Counted from the first letter of the stretch, positions 9,581 to 19,218 are shown. The stretch: 64,000 nt of DNA from an uncultured Gammaproteobacteria bacterium (GCA_965231095.1 OZ246416.1:121228-185227), one strand, 5' to 3'. Notes: generated by a model from the letters alone, not told the origin. Program-made: numbers and translations.

Positions 9581-10231
9581 ATGAAACTTTGGAAAAACAT
9601 AGATTGGCTAATGCTTCTTTTTCTTCTTGTGATTTTTGCCGTAGGAATTTACATGGCGCCGAATATGCCGGATCGCGTACCGACGCACTGGAACATTAGG
9701 GGAGAAGTGGACGGCTATGGTTCAAAATATATCAATTTATTTTTGATGCCGAGCATTGCTCTCGCGGCGTATCTTTTGATGACTTTTTTGCCGGCGATTG
9801 ACCCACTCCGAAAAAATTATGAAAAATTTGCCAAGCCGTATTTGTACTTTAAAATTTTTTTGGCGTTCTTCTTTGTTTATTTGGAAATATTTTTACTTTA
9901 TTCATCGGTTCGATTTAGCCCGCCGCAGGGAAGCTTGATGTTCGCGATTCCTTTTTCTTTGCTTTTATGTTTTATCGGTTGGATTCTGCCGCAAATAAAA
10001 AGAAATTTTTTTATCGGCATCAGGACGCCATGGAGTTTGGTCTCAGATGAAAATTGGAAAAAGACGCATGATTTTGGCGGGAAGGTATTTCTTCTCGCTG
10101 GCGTGGCGAGCATAATTGCCGCCTTTTTCGGCAGCATGGCGAGTTTTATAGTTTTGATCGCGAGTATTTTTATTGTGGTGATTACTTCTTTTATTTATAG
10201 TTATTTGGTATATAGAAAGGAGAAAAAATAA
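9581..10231 (+). CDS. Membrane protein, DUF1648 / SdpI(YhfL)-like
   Basis: N-terminal TM then PDRVPTHWNIRGEVDGYGSK (DUF1648-type HWN…G…D…G motif), followed by 4 more TM helices. Confidence 0.5.
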   Translation: MKLWKNIDWLMLLFLLVIFAVGIYMAPNMPDRVPTHWNIRGEVDGYGSKYINLFLMPSIALAAYLLMTFLPAIDPLRKNYEKFAKPYLYFKIFLAFFFVYLEIFLLYSSVRFSPPQGSLMFAIPFSLLLCFIGWILPQIKRNFFIGIRTPWSLVSDENWKKTHDFGGKVFLLAGVASIIAAFFGSMASFIVLIASIFIVVITSFIYSYLVYRKEKK

Positions 10232-10232
10232 T

Positions 10233-10505
10233 ATGGCCAAAGAAAACTTTACTGCGGAAGAGGCACAAAAAATTGGCGAAGAATTAGGAGTTGATTGGAG
10301 TAAATTTGACATTGAACAATTTAGAAGGGGACTGGATGTTGAATTAGAACATGGTGCGCGTGATCCTAGCACAAATGTTACAAATGACGATCCTCTTATG
10401 ACTGGGAAAATTGCCCTGGCTCATCTGAATGAATTTCAAGATTATTATACGAGGCTTGATAAAATGGAAAAAGAAGCAGACGAGTTTTGGGGGAAAGTAG
10501 AATAA
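10233..10505 (+). CDS. Small conserved hypothetical protein (possibly DUF5661-like)
   Basis: 90 aa; motif TNVTNDDPLMTGKIALAHLNEFQDYY; translationally coupled to the upstream gene (2-nt gap). Confidence 0.45.
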   Translation: MAKENFTAEEAQKIGEELGVDWSKFDIEQFRRGLDVELEHGARDPSTNVTNDDPLMTGKIALAHLNEFQDYYTRLDKMEKEADEFWGKVE

Positions 10506-10519
10506 AAATTTTAAAATAA

Positions 10520-10556
10520 AAACACGGCCCCTGAATGTGGAGCCGTGTTTTATTAT
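10520..10556. terminator. Bidirectional rho-independent terminator
   Basis: aacacggc-ccctgaatgtgga-gccgtgtt hairpin plus T-run between convergent genes. Confidence 0.65.
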
Positions 10557-10560
10557 TTTT

Positions 10561-12429
10561 TTATTGGACAGTGATGGAATGGTCATTGCTGTAGAAGACG
10601 CAACCGCCGCCGCCGTTGTAGGCGCAAACGCGGAAGTGGTAAGTGCCGGCTTCTTTGACGTCCCAGGCGTAACTGCCTTTCATGTCTGGCGAGGAGGTAT
10701 AATAATATTCATCTCCGGGATAAACGGGGTTTGGCTCAATGGATTTTACCAACTTGTATCCGTAAGGTGAATTTCCGGAAAGAGCCCAAGAGAGGACGAC
10801 GATTCTTCCGGTTTTTATCCAGCCGGTCAAAGATAGTGTTCCGTAAATTTCCCCCGAGGCCGCTCCGCTTGATTTCGCGACAATTTTCAAATTATTGCTG
10901 TAGGTTCCGCAAGCGCCGCCTTCATAAACGCAGATTCTGAAGTTCCAAGTTTTTCCATCCAAAATTTTCCAGGTGTAGCTTCTGGTGTCCGGGTTTATAT
11001 AAACCGCGGAATCTCCGGGATAGCTCGGATAAGCCGAGAGAGATTTTACGAGCTTAAATCCTTTTGGCGCGGTAATTCCCGAAAGCGACCAAGAAAGATA
11101 GATTCCGTCGGTTGAGGCATAGCCCTTGAGATAGAGCGGTGATGCGACGACGGCTTCGCCTTTTCTCGTGACAATAATTTTTTTGAGGGCGGCATTTCCC
11201 GACTCGTCTTTAGCTTTAACTTCAACTGTATTAGCGCCAACTTTCAGATCAATAATTTTTTCAAAATTTCCGTTGTCGTTTTTCGCTTCCATACCGTTCA
11301 CAAAAACCCTGGCGCCCGCTTCAGTCGTTCCGCGCACCGCGACGCGAACCAGCTCGGTAGTAATTCCGTCCAGCGGTTCGGAAATATTTACCTCTGGCGG
11401 TGTATTGTCTGATAAAACTCCGAGCGGATAATCTTTTTGGCTATCCTCCTCGCGATTCCAGACATAAAAGCCATCTTGTGCGGTTTCTTCTTTGGGTAGA
11501 GGAATTTTTTTTGCCACCTCTTCGATCGGTTTTGTCATGTCAACAACCAATTCTTCTCCCTCGCTTACTTCTTTTTCCAGAGTTTCATCATTTTTTACGA
11601 TTTTTACTTTTACTTTGCTTTCTACAACCTTAACAATAACTTTTTTCTCTCCCTTTTTAACCCAGTTTGATTTTTCCGCGGCTACGCCAAAAGCCGTGCC
11701 AAGCGCGGTTGTTTCCGCGTCGCCGGATTTTACTTTATAAGTTAAGCCGGAAGTTTTATTGACGCGGCTATAAGTTTCGCCGGCGATCTGGGCGACAGAA
11801 ATATTTTTATTATTTACTTCTTCCAAAATTACGTGAGTGTTTTCGTCAAGCCGCAGGGCGCTGCCTTCGTCAAACTCCAAAACTGCTTTGCTAGCCTCGC
11901 CGGTTCTGATCTGCGATTGGCCGGCTACAGTGGTTCCAACTGCAATCGCCTCCCAATCGCTTCCATTCCAAATTTCCACTTCTCCGTCGGCAACCGATAA
12001 ATGCGCCGCAAGCGCTCCGTTAAAAATTCCGCTGGTTCCAGCCGGGCCGCGGGTAAAATAAATTCCAAGAGCCAAGACTAAAACAACCACGGCCGCGCCC
12101 GCGAAGGCGAGAGTAGTTTTACTGAGTTTCCAAGGCAGAGTCATAGAAATTTCCTTTCTTGATTCTTGGGCTTTGGCTTCCTGCTTTATTAAATTTTGAG
12201 CAGTTGCGCTTCCACCAACAAGATTAAAATATTTATGATAAAAATTTTCTCTAATGCGATTTTTTTCCGTTGCTGAAACCGTAAACTCTCCCGGCCGCGC
12301 GATCCGAGCGCCTTGGATTTTTCCCGCCAGAGCGTAGAGAATTTTTTCTTTTACGCCAAGATCAGCCGAAGTTTTTTCTTCCCAGGCCCTGGATAATTTA
12401 TTTGATTTTTTATGTAAAAATTGAAACAT
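10561..12429 (-). CDS. Anti-sigma factor, FecR-like, with C-terminal tandem Ig/FN3-like domains
   Basis: N-terminal cytoplasmic segment, single TM (LAFAGAAVVVLVLALGIYF), then a FecR-like region (GEVEIWNGSDWEAIAVG…). Two homologous C-terminal repeats end in GGxCGxYSNxxxI. Sits directly downstream of an ECF sigma gene. Confidence 0.6.
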   Translation of the reverse strand: MFQFLHKKSNKLSRAWEEKTSADLGVKEKILYALAGKIQGARIARPGEFTVSATEKNRIRENFYHKYFNLVGGSATAQNLIKQEAKAQESRKEISMTLPWKLSKTTLAFAGAAVVVLVLALGIYFTRGPAGTSGIFNGALAAHLSVADGEVEIWNGSDWEAIAVGTTVAGQSQIRTGEASKAVLEFDEGSALRLDENTHVILEEVNNKNISVAQIAGETYSRVNKTSGLTYKVKSGDAETTALGTAFGVAAEKSNWVKKGEKKVIVKVVESKVKVKIVKNDETLEKEVSEGEELVVDMTKPIEEVAKKIPLPKEETAQDGFYVWNREEDSQKDYPLGVLSDNTPPEVNISEPLDGITTELVRVAVRGTTEAGARVFVNGMEAKNDNGNFEKIIDLKVGANTVEVKAKDESGNAALKKIIVTRKGEAVVASPLYLKGYASTDGIYLSWSLSGITAPKGFKLVKSLSAYPSYPGDSAVYINPDTRSYTWKILDGKTWNFRICVYEGGACGTYSNNLKIVAKSSGAASGEIYGTLSLTGWIKTGRIVVLSWALSGNSPYGYKLVKSIEPNPVYPGDEYYYTSSPDMKGSYAWDVKEAGTYHFRVCAYNGGGGCVFYSNDHSITVQ

Positions 12430-12436
12430 GGTCGTA

Positions 12437-13006
12437 TTACAAATTGATTTCTAAAAATTCTGGATTGCCGACAAGATGTTTTTTCATTAAACGAAGAGCG
12501 CGGTGAACTCTTACGGCTACGGCATTTTTTTGGCAGCCGATAATTTCCGCGATTTCATCATTATTTAATTCTTCAAAAAATTTCAGCGATAAAACCGTTT
12601 GATATTTTTCCGGAAGATTTTTCATGGTTTTTCTGATGAATAATTTTTTTTCGTCGTGCATGAGTCCGGCTACGGCCCCGGCTTCCGCGTGGTCCGGCTC
12701 AGGTTCAAAAGATTCTACGGCATCGGTTAAAATTTCTTTTTTCTTCCTAGTGTAATCAATTAAGGTATTTCGCGCGATTCTAAAAAGCCAGGCGGCAAAA
12801 GGCACGCCCCGGTCGTTAAATTTGGAAATATTTGCCAGAGCTTTGGCAAAAACTTCAGACGTCAAATCTTCGGCCAGTTCTTTTTGGCCAATGCGATTTA
12901 GGAGAAAGCCGTAGATTTTAGGAAGATAGTGGCTATACAATTCTTCAAAAGCAGCGGCGTTTTCCTTGGCTTTTTCGATTAATTGTCGCTCTAATTCGCG
13001 ATCCAT
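12437..13006 (-). CDS. ECF-type RNA polymerase sigma-70 factor
   Basis: Sigma-70 region 2 (YLPKIYGFLLNRIG…EDLTSEVFAKAL) and region 4 HTH (EEL…EIAEIIGCQKNAVAVRVHRALRLMKK). Confidence 0.85.
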   Translation of the reverse strand: MDRELERQLIEKAKENAAAFEELYSHYLPKIYGFLLNRIGQKELAEDLTSEVFAKALANISKFNDRGVPFAAWLFRIARNTLIDYTRKKKEILTDAVESFEPEPDHAEAGAVAGLMHDEKKLFIRKTMKNLPEKYQTVLSLKFFEELNNDEIAEIIGCQKNAVAVRVHRALRLMKKHLVGNPEFLEINL

Positions 13007-13070
13007 AAGGTTGTTTATTATCTTAAAACGAGTTTGCTTACAAATTATTTCATCTACTCCTATTTTTCAT

Positions 13071-13100
13071 TTGTTGACGCTAAAAGTCAATAGCGGTAAA
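13071..13100 (+). promoter_or_regulatory. Putative sigma70-type promoter for the holin-like gene
   Basis: TTGACG-17-TAAAAT about 35 nt upstream of the ATG at 13134; the -35 lies in a short palindrome ttgacg…gtcaa. Confidence 0.4.
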
Positions 13101-13133
13101 ATTGAAGAAGAGTTAATAAATAACGTAAATTTT

Positions 13134-13469
13134 ATGGGGCTTCTTATTCGTTGGTTAATTTATGCCGTGGCGATTATGCTGTTGACCTATATCGTGCCGG
13201 GCATTTCCGTCAGAAATTTTTATTCGGCATTGCTTGCCGCGCTTGTTTTGGGATTAGTAAATGCCGTAATCAGGCCGCTTTTGATTTTACTGACTCTACC
13301 GGTAAATATTTTGACCCTCGGACTTTTTACTCTTGTGATTAACGCCCTGATGTTATGGCTAGTCTCTTCAATCGTTAAAGGTTTTGATGTTAAAAATTTT
13401 GTGGCGGCGTTTTTGGGGGCGTTGGTTTTGTGGGTGGTGAGCTGGATTACAAATGCAGTGACAAAATAA
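13134..13469 (+). CDS. Phage holin family 4 / DUF360-like small membrane protein
   Basis: 111 aa, 4 predicted TM; motif ALVLGLVNAVIRPLLILLTLPVNILTLGLFTLVINALML typical of the YvlD/holin-4 family. Start taken at an internal ATG, since the long ORF overlaps the divergent sigma gene. Confidence 0.6.
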   Translation: MGLLIRWLIYAVAIMLLTYIVPGISVRNFYSALLAALVLGLVNAVIRPLLILLTLPVNILTLGLFTLVINALMLWLVSSIVKGFDVKNFVAAFLGALVLWVVSWITNAVTK

Positions 13470-13500
13470 CAATTGATAGTTAACAATTAACAATTGACTT

Positions 13501-13995
13501 ATGAAAAATTTTTTTATTGTGTTTTTGGTTTTATCATCATTGGTGCTTACGGGGGCGGGGTGCGTTTGGTTTAGGACTGACGTGGAGGAGATAAATGCCC
13601 CGCGGATAAACGTGAATGAAGAAATTCCCTCAGCCAATGTTAACGCTTCCGATGATCCGACCGCCGGATGGGAAACATATAGCGATCTGCCCTGGGCGAT
13701 TGAAATGAAATATCCGCCAAAATATAAAACAGTTTCTGACACTTATGGCTGGCCGCATGCCCTGATTCATTTTATTGAAGTGGCGCCGGGCGCGCAATCT
13801 TACCGAGCGCAAATTGAAACATGGGAGAATGAAGGAGATTTTCGTACGGCCTACGGGCGCGATCCGGCTTTCATTGCCGAACATCCAAACGGAAAAAATT
13901 GGGTGACAGTTGATTATAATCCAAATCCCGGCGACCGAACCGTGGCCGAGGAGTGGGAGTTAATTATTTCCACTTTTCGTTTTACCGCACTTTAA
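13501..13995 (+). CDS. Secreted/lipoprotein-like hypothetical protein
   Basis: N-terminal signal peptide ending …LTGAGC (lipobox-like), 164 aa. Confidence 0.55.
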   Translation: MKNFFIVFLVLSSLVLTGAGCVWFRTDVEEINAPRINVNEEIPSANVNASDDPTAGWETYSDLPWAIEMKYPPKYKTVSDTYGWPHALIHFIEVAPGAQSYRAQIETWENEGDFRTAYGRDPAFIAEHPNGKNWVTVDYNPNPGDRTVAEEWELIISTFRFTAL

Positions 13996-14028
13996 TTTAT
14001 TAGCTGTTAAAAGTTAATTATTAATTTT

Positions 14029-14235
14029 ATGCCGGACATCGATTCAATTTGGGAAGAACTGCTCGCGCGTTTTAATTACGCTGTGCCTGAAAGCCGCGAG
14101 GCCTTTATTGAAGAAGCTGAAGCCGCGATCGGCGAGCTTATGGATTTTGGGAAAATTACCCCTGATGATGATATCAAGACAATTATGGAAGCGCTTGAGG
14201 TTCGCTGGGGCGATTATTTGAAAGAAAAGAAATGA
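14029..14235 (+). CDS. Small acidic hypothetical protein (possible antitoxin-like partner)
   Basis: 68 aa, strongly acidic; 50 nt upstream of a small basic ORF. Confidence 0.4.
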   Translation: MPDIDSIWEELLARFNYAVPESREAFIEEAEAAIGELMDFGKITPDDDIKTIMEALEVRWGDYLKEKK

Positions 14236-14284
14236 GGCGCGAAGTTTTTTCCGATGAAGCCGCGAGAGAAAAGTTTGATGTTTT

Positions 14285-14605
14285 ATGAATTTAAAACCTT
14301 TTAAAGAGTCCAGGGAATTTTTTTGGACAAAAAACGCGATTGCCAAAATGTTTTTTTATGGACTCGCGCCAAGTCGCATCAAAAAAATTTTTCGTGCGCC
14401 GGATCGAACCGAAGAGGGGATTGCTGACGGAACAATCGCCATGATGCAGAAGGTGGGTGGTAAACGTCGGACGGAGATTTGGGTAATGTGGCAAAAAGGA
14501 AAGGGGGGACAGAAAAAAATTATTGCTGCCTGGCGGTATCCGGGAATTAGTCCAACAAAAGAAGTTCCTATTCCGCCGGAGATTTTAAAAGATTTGAAAG
14601 AGTAG
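14285..14605 (+). CDS. Small basic hypothetical protein (possible toxin-like partner)
   Basis: 106 aa, basic; GC rises toward its 3' end. No firm family assignment. Confidence 0.4.
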   Translation: MNLKPFKESREFFWTKNAIAKMFFYGLAPSRIKKIFRAPDRTEEGIADGTIAMMQKVGGKRRTEIWVMWQKGKGGQKKIIAAWRYPGISPTKEVPIPPEILKDLKE

Positions 14606-14706
14606 AAAAGGATTTAGGCAGATCGATGTGCGGATAAACGCGGAGAAAATAATTTGATGATAAAAAAGTACCTCGGCCTAATTAGGGTCGAGGTTTTGTT
14701 TCTCCT

Positions 14707-15132
14707 TCAGTCTGCGTCGCGCCGGTCGGGATTGTCGGTCGGTTCATAGAGCGGCGCACGGCGGGCGTCTTTCTCTCTTTCCATAAATGCGTAGTAGACC
14801 GGACATCGCCGGCAAGGAACCGGGCACCTTTCCCTTTCCGCGTCGCACGGGAGATCAACGACCAGACTATTTTCCAAAGAAGCGCCTCCTTCCCTTGGTT
14901 TGGTTTTTGGGGCGTGGTCGTTATTTCCGTGCCACCTTGCAAGCGAGGCGAGTTCAAAAATAAAAGTCGCAACGCCAGCCGCTACGGCCGCCCAGAGAGA
15001 AGTGATTCTACTCATGAGCCACCAGACGGAAAACGGGATGATCGCGAGAACGGCCAGTAAGGCGAGGCTAATCGCCCACATGGAGATGAGAGCGCGTAAC
15101 GGCTCTAAGCTCGGACGCCACCTGTTTGCCAT
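14707..15132 (-). CDS. Small membrane protein with C-terminal Cys cluster (high-GC islet)
   Basis: Start placed at the ATG preceded by caAGGAGGagcag. The longer ORF to 15153 is less likely. Two TM helices, then CDAERERCPVPCRRCP; flanked by hairpin terminators. Confidence 0.5.
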   Translation of the reverse strand: MANRWRPSLEPLRALISMWAISLALLAVLAIIPFSVWWLMSRITSLWAAVAAGVATFIFELASLARWHGNNDHAPKTKPREGGASLENSLVVDLPCDAERERCPVPCRRCPVYYAFMEREKDARRAPLYEPTDNPDRRDAD

Positions 15133-15244
15133 CTGCTCCTCCTTGTTTTTCATTTTATTCTTAGGTGGGGAAAAGTCAATAAAAAAATCCCGAACCGATG
15201 GCGAGTCATGGTTGGCTCAAACCTTCGGTTCGGGTTGGCGTTAT

Positions 15245-15661
15245 TCACGCAGTCGCCTTCAGACCGAGTGCGAACTTCCGTCCGCACTTGCGGCAGAAGG
15301 AGTTCTTCTGATCCGGGTGATCGGGACAGTGGTCCGTGATCTTGGGCACGCCGTACGCTGTCCAAAATTCGGTTTCCTGGACGAACTCATAGCTGCAGTC
15401 CCGGGGGAGATCCGGGCGGCTCTCGACCACGATCTGGTGGAGAATCTGCTTTGCCTCCGCTTCGCCAAGCAGGGTGTTGTCCGCATGCTGCAAGAGAATG
15501 TTGATCTTCCCCCAGATCTCCATCTCGGGCGCCTGGACTGTCGGCTTCTTTGGGTCGGCGAGCGTGCGCGCTTGCGGCGTAACTGCGTCCCGCTCTTTCG
15601 GCCGACGGATCACGATCGTCCATAGCTTGTACGGCCCGGAGACTTCGGATTTCTTGGCCAT
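15245..15661 (-). CDS. Hypothetical zinc-ribbon protein (high-GC islet)
   Basis: Start at the ATG preceded by gaaaAGGAGGagagct; C-terminal CPDHPDQKNSFCRKCG (CxxH…CxxC-like); terminator hairpin cccgaaccg…cggttcggg downstream. Confidence 0.5.
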   Translation of the reverse strand: MAKKSEVSGPYKLWTIVIRRPKERDAVTPQARTLADPKKPTVQAPEMEIWGKINILLQHADNTLLGEAEAKQILHQIVVESRPDLPRDCSYEFVQETEFWTAYGVPKITDHCPDHPDQKNSFCRKCGRKFALGLKATA

Positions 15662-15795
15662 AGCTCTCCTCCTTTTCCCTCGCCTCATCTTGGCATTTTG
15701 GTTTAATTTTGTCAATCCCATAAGAGAGTCTGGCGTTTTAGCGGAAAATTTAGTATAATGAAAAGTAGGGAGGAGTTAATTTTTGTAAAAATTAT

Positions 15796-17718
15796 ATGCT
15801 CAAAAAAATTTTTTTCATTTTCGCGATTCTGGCGATTTTTTTATTTTCCGGTGGCCAAATTTTAGCGGAGGAAACGCCGAGCAAGTGGTGGGATTTTGAA
15901 AAATGGACAGTGGATATAAATATAAATGAAGACAGTAGCTTTCTTGTCCGGGAAACGCAGATTTTTAATTTCCAGGGAAATTTTCATTGGACAGTCAGGA
16001 ATATTTCTAAAAATAAAGTTAGGTCAATAAGCGATGTAAAAGTTTTTGATGAGAATGGCCGAGAACTTGTTCCGCCGGAAGTGGAAATTATTGAAGATAC
16101 AAATGCTGTTAATGTCAGATTGAATTTTGATTTGACTGATACCAAAATGACGCGGACTTTTGAGTACAAGGTGCACGGTGGTTTGGGCTATTTTCCCGAT
16201 TACGATGAACTTTATTGGAACGCGGTTTCGGAAAATCGGGATGTGGCGATCGGGGAAGTGGAAGTTACGGTGCGTTTGCCGTCCGCGGCTGATGTTGGCG
16301 AGTTAAAGCAAGCGCTTTATACCGGCGAGGAGGGAAGCCGCGAATCTTCCGGAACTTACCAAATTGTTGACGACCAAACTTTTAAATTTTTAGGAAACAA
16401 TATTCTCCCTTACGAAAATTTTACGGTGGTCGCGGGCTGGCCAAAGGGAATTGTTTTTTCCGCGGGCGTCCTGAAAGTTAATTCTGATCCGGCGGGTGCT
16501 ATTGTGGTTTTGGACGGGCAAAAAACAAATCTCCGCACTCCGGCCGTGCTTGAAGAAGGTTATGAGATCTCTTTGGGAGAACATAAAATTTCCTTAGAAA
16601 AATTTGGTTTTGAGGCGGAAGGTGATGGAGAAAAAACAGTGGAAATGGAAACGGGGAAAGTTAATACCTTGGATTTTAAACTTAAAAAAACAACTTGGTT
16701 TTTTGTTTTGGATAAATTAAGTTATCTCATCCCGATTTTACTTGGAATTTTTCTTTTTAGAAAATATCAAAACGCGCCAAAACTTAAAAAGACGATTATT
16801 GCCCAATACGATCCGCCGAAAGATTTGCTGCCGGCAGAAATGGGCGGATTAGTTTTTAATAGCGTCCGCTCCAAAGATTTTTCCGCCACGCTTGTTGATT
16901 TGGCTTATCGGGGATATTTTAAAATTGTTGAACGGGAAGAAAAAGTTTTATGGATAAAAAATAAAAAATATACGCTGATTAAAAGAAAAGAATTTGTGGG
17001 CGACGTAAGCCTGGCTGATTATGAAAAAGATTTTTTGGAAGCGATTTTTGGGGCATCAGAGGAGGTGGAGCTCGGTGATTTGAAAAATAAATCGTCGTTT
17101 AGAAAAATGATTACTAAATTGCCGAAAGAAATTTTGGAGAAACTGGTTGAGGAAAAAGAATATTTTCTTTCTACTCCAATGGCTCGCGAAACAAGTTTAA
17201 TTTTGGCGGTTGTCGTAGCCGCGCTTGGTTTTATTTTTGTTCCCATGATCGGGATAATCCTTATAAATTTTTCGTTTTCCGTAATAATAGCGCTTTTGAT
17301 TTCTTTGGGTTTATGGATTCTCTATTTATTTATCAAACCGCCGCCGCTTACGGAAAAAGGAATTGAAGAAAAATGGCACGCGTTGGGTTTTGAGGAATAT
17401 TTACAAGTGGCGGAAAGATTTCGGCTCGGCGGCCTGACCCCGGAAACTTTTGAAAAATATTTGTCTTATGCCATGGTTTTTGGGGTGGAGAAAAAGTGGG
17501 CCGAAAGATTTGCCGATATTTATAAAACGCAGCCGGATTGGTACGAGAGTGGGACGCCGGGCGCGTTTAACAGCGTTGTTTTTGCAAATTCTCTTTCAGG
17601 AATGGCAACGAGTGTGAGTTCGGTCATAAGTTACAGTAATCCTTCCGGTTCGTCCGGATTTGGCGGCGGGGGCGGAGCTGGCGGCGGAGGCGGCGGGGGA
17701 GGATCAAGCTCTGGATAA
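15796..17718 (+). CDS. DUF2207-family membrane protein with PEGA-like domain and Gly-rich tail
   Basis: Signal peptide, large extracellular domain, PEGA-like VLKVNSDPAGAIVVLDGQ, 3 TM, cytoplasmic domain, and a C-terminal GGGGGAGGGGGGGG tail characteristic of DUF2207. Confidence 0.6.
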   Translation: MLKKIFFIFAILAIFLFSGGQILAEETPSKWWDFEKWTVDININEDSSFLVRETQIFNFQGNFHWTVRNISKNKVRSISDVKVFDENGRELVPPEVEIIEDTNAVNVRLNFDLTDTKMTRTFEYKVHGGLGYFPDYDELYWNAVSENRDVAIGEVEVTVRLPSAADVGELKQALYTGEEGSRESSGTYQIVDDQTFKFLGNNILPYENFTVVAGWPKGIVFSAGVLKVNSDPAGAIVVLDGQKTNLRTPAVLEEGYEISLGEHKISLEKFGFEAEGDGEKTVEMETGKVNTLDFKLKKTTWFFVLDKLSYLIPILLGIFLFRKYQNAPKLKKTIIAQYDPPKDLLPAEMGGLVFNSVRSKDFSATLVDLAYRGYFKIVEREEKVLWIKNKKYTLIKRKEFVGDVSLADYEKDFLEAIFGASEEVELGDLKNKSSFRKMITKLPKEILEKLVEEKEYFLSTPMARETSLILAVVVAALGFIFVPMIGIILINFSFSVIIALLISLGLWILYLFIKPPPLTEKGIEEKWHALGFEEYLQVAERFRLGGLTPETFEKYLSYAMVFGVEKKWAERFADIYKTQPDWYESGTPGAFNSVVFANSLSGMATSVSSVISYSNPSGSSGFGGGGGAGGGGGGGGSSSG

Positions 17719-17759
17719 AAATTGGAATTGGAGTTAAAATATTTTAAAGGCAGGGTTTT

Positions 17760-18353
17760 ATGAAGAGAAAACTCACAATAGTTTTTATTATAATTTTGAT
17801 AGCTGCGGCGGCGGCGATGTTTTTTGGGTATCTTGGGGGAATGAAGGAGGCAAGCGCCGATTTGGCGGGCGCGGTGGAAGTGGCTAAAAAAGTTGAAGCA
17901 AAAGAAACAACGGTAAAAATATTTTTTGGAAATAAAATAATGAATCAAAATCCGGGCGACTGCAAAGTGGTCTTTCCGGTAGAGCGGACTGTTTCTGGCG
18001 ATCTCATCGTGAAACGCCGGACAATGGAAGAAATTTTGCTCGGTCCGACCGCCCAAGAAATTCAAGCAGGATATTTTTCGGCCCTGCCCAGTAAGGAAGA
18101 AGTTATAAATTATCGTGAAAAAATAAAGGGGGAAACGGGCGCGGCGCCCTACGATGGCGATGAAATATTGTTGAAGGGCGTGAAAATTTCCATCGGAATG
18201 ATTTACGCGGATTTTTCCAAAGAAATTTTTGCCATAAGCGGTGATGATTGCCGGATACAACTTTTAAAAGCGCAACTTTCTCAAACCGCCAAACAATTTC
18301 CAAAAGTTGGGGGAACGATTATTACCGTGGGCGGGATGGAAAAAATATTTTAA
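17760..18353 (+). CDS. GerMN-domain protein
   Basis: N-terminal TM; motifs VKIFFGN…PGDCKVVFPVERTV…EEILLGPT typical of GerMN/Gmad2. Confidence 0.55.
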   Translation: MKRKLTIVFIIILIAAAAAMFFGYLGGMKEASADLAGAVEVAKKVEAKETTVKIFFGNKIMNQNPGDCKVVFPVERTVSGDLIVKRRTMEEILLGPTAQEIQAGYFSALPSKEEVINYREKIKGETGAAPYDGDEILLKGVKISIGMIYADFSKEIFAISGDDCRIQLLKAQLSQTAKQFPKVGGTIITVGGMEKIF

Positions 18354-18365
18354 ATTTATTATGTT

Positions 18366-18491
18366 ATGAAAAAATATTCTTGCGCCAGATGCGGAAAGGG
18401 GAGAACGCGATATCGCACGCCCTCGCCGTTTAAAGTGATGGCGGCGGAACGGGCGAAAAGAGATAAAATTTACGTTAAAAAGAAAATTTAA
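18366..18491 (+). CDS. Small basic CxxC protein (41 aa), unannotated in ORF track
   Basis: MKKYSCARCGKGRTRYRTPSPFKVMAAERAKRDKIYVKKKI; highly basic, single CxxC; sits between two operon genes. Hand-indexed coordinates. Confidence 0.3.
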   Translation: MKKYSCARCGKGRTRYRTPSPFKVMAAERAKRDKIYVKKKI

Positions 18492-18507
18492 GATATAATT
18501 TTTAAAA

Positions 18508-19185
18508 ATGAAAACATTAATAGTTTCCCTCGGGGGATCGGTTATCGTGCCAGAGCGTGTGGACACGATTTTTTTAAAAAAATTTAGGAAGACGATTTTG
18601 GATTTTGTTAAAAGGGGAAATCGCGCGGTAATCGTCGCCGGCGGGGGAGGAACAAATAAAAAATATAACGCGGCGGCAAACAAAGTGGCAAAAATTAAAA
18701 ATATTGATTTGGATTGGTTGGGAATTGCTACGACAAAGTTAAACGCGGAATTATTGCGAGTGATTTTTGGCGAGGCGGCGTATCTGAAAGTAGCAGTTGA
18801 TCCAACGCGGAAAATTAAAACTAATAAAAAAATAATTGTGGCCGCGGGTTGGATGCCGGGCTGTTCGTCTGATAATGATGCCGTCCTTTGGGCAAAAAAT
18901 TTCGGGGCGAAAAAAGTTATAAATTTGTCCAACATTGATTATATTTACGATAAAGACCCGAAAAAATTTAAAAACGCCCGGCCGCTTAAAGATTTAAAAT
19001 GGGCGGAATATAGAAAAATGGTTGGAAGCGAATGGATTCCCCGGATGCACGCGCCTTTTGATCCGATCGCCTCATGTCTCGCGGAAAAATGGAAGATGGA
19101 AGTTGTAATAATGAAAGCAAATCGGTTGGATAATTTCAATAATTTTTTAAGGGAGAAAGAATTTAAGGGAAGCGTGATAAAGTGA
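18508..19185 (+). CDS. pyrH: Uridylate (UMP) kinase, archaeal/short type
   Basis: Amino-acid-kinase fold: VSLGGSVI…, VIVAGGGG, nucleotide-binding region. 225 aa. Confidence 0.8.
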   Translation: MKTLIVSLGGSVIVPERVDTIFLKKFRKTILDFVKRGNRAVIVAGGGGTNKKYNAAANKVAKIKNIDLDWLGIATTKLNAELLRVIFGEAAYLKVAVDPTRKIKTNKKIIVAAGWMPGCSSDNDAVLWAKNFGAKKVINLSNIDYIYDKDPKKFKNARPLKDLKWAEYRKMVGSEWIPRMHAPFDPIASCLAEKWKMEVVIMKANRLDNFNNFLREKEFKGSVIK

Positions 19186-19218
19186 TCTTTTCCTCTGTGG
19201 ACAATTAAACTTGACAGG

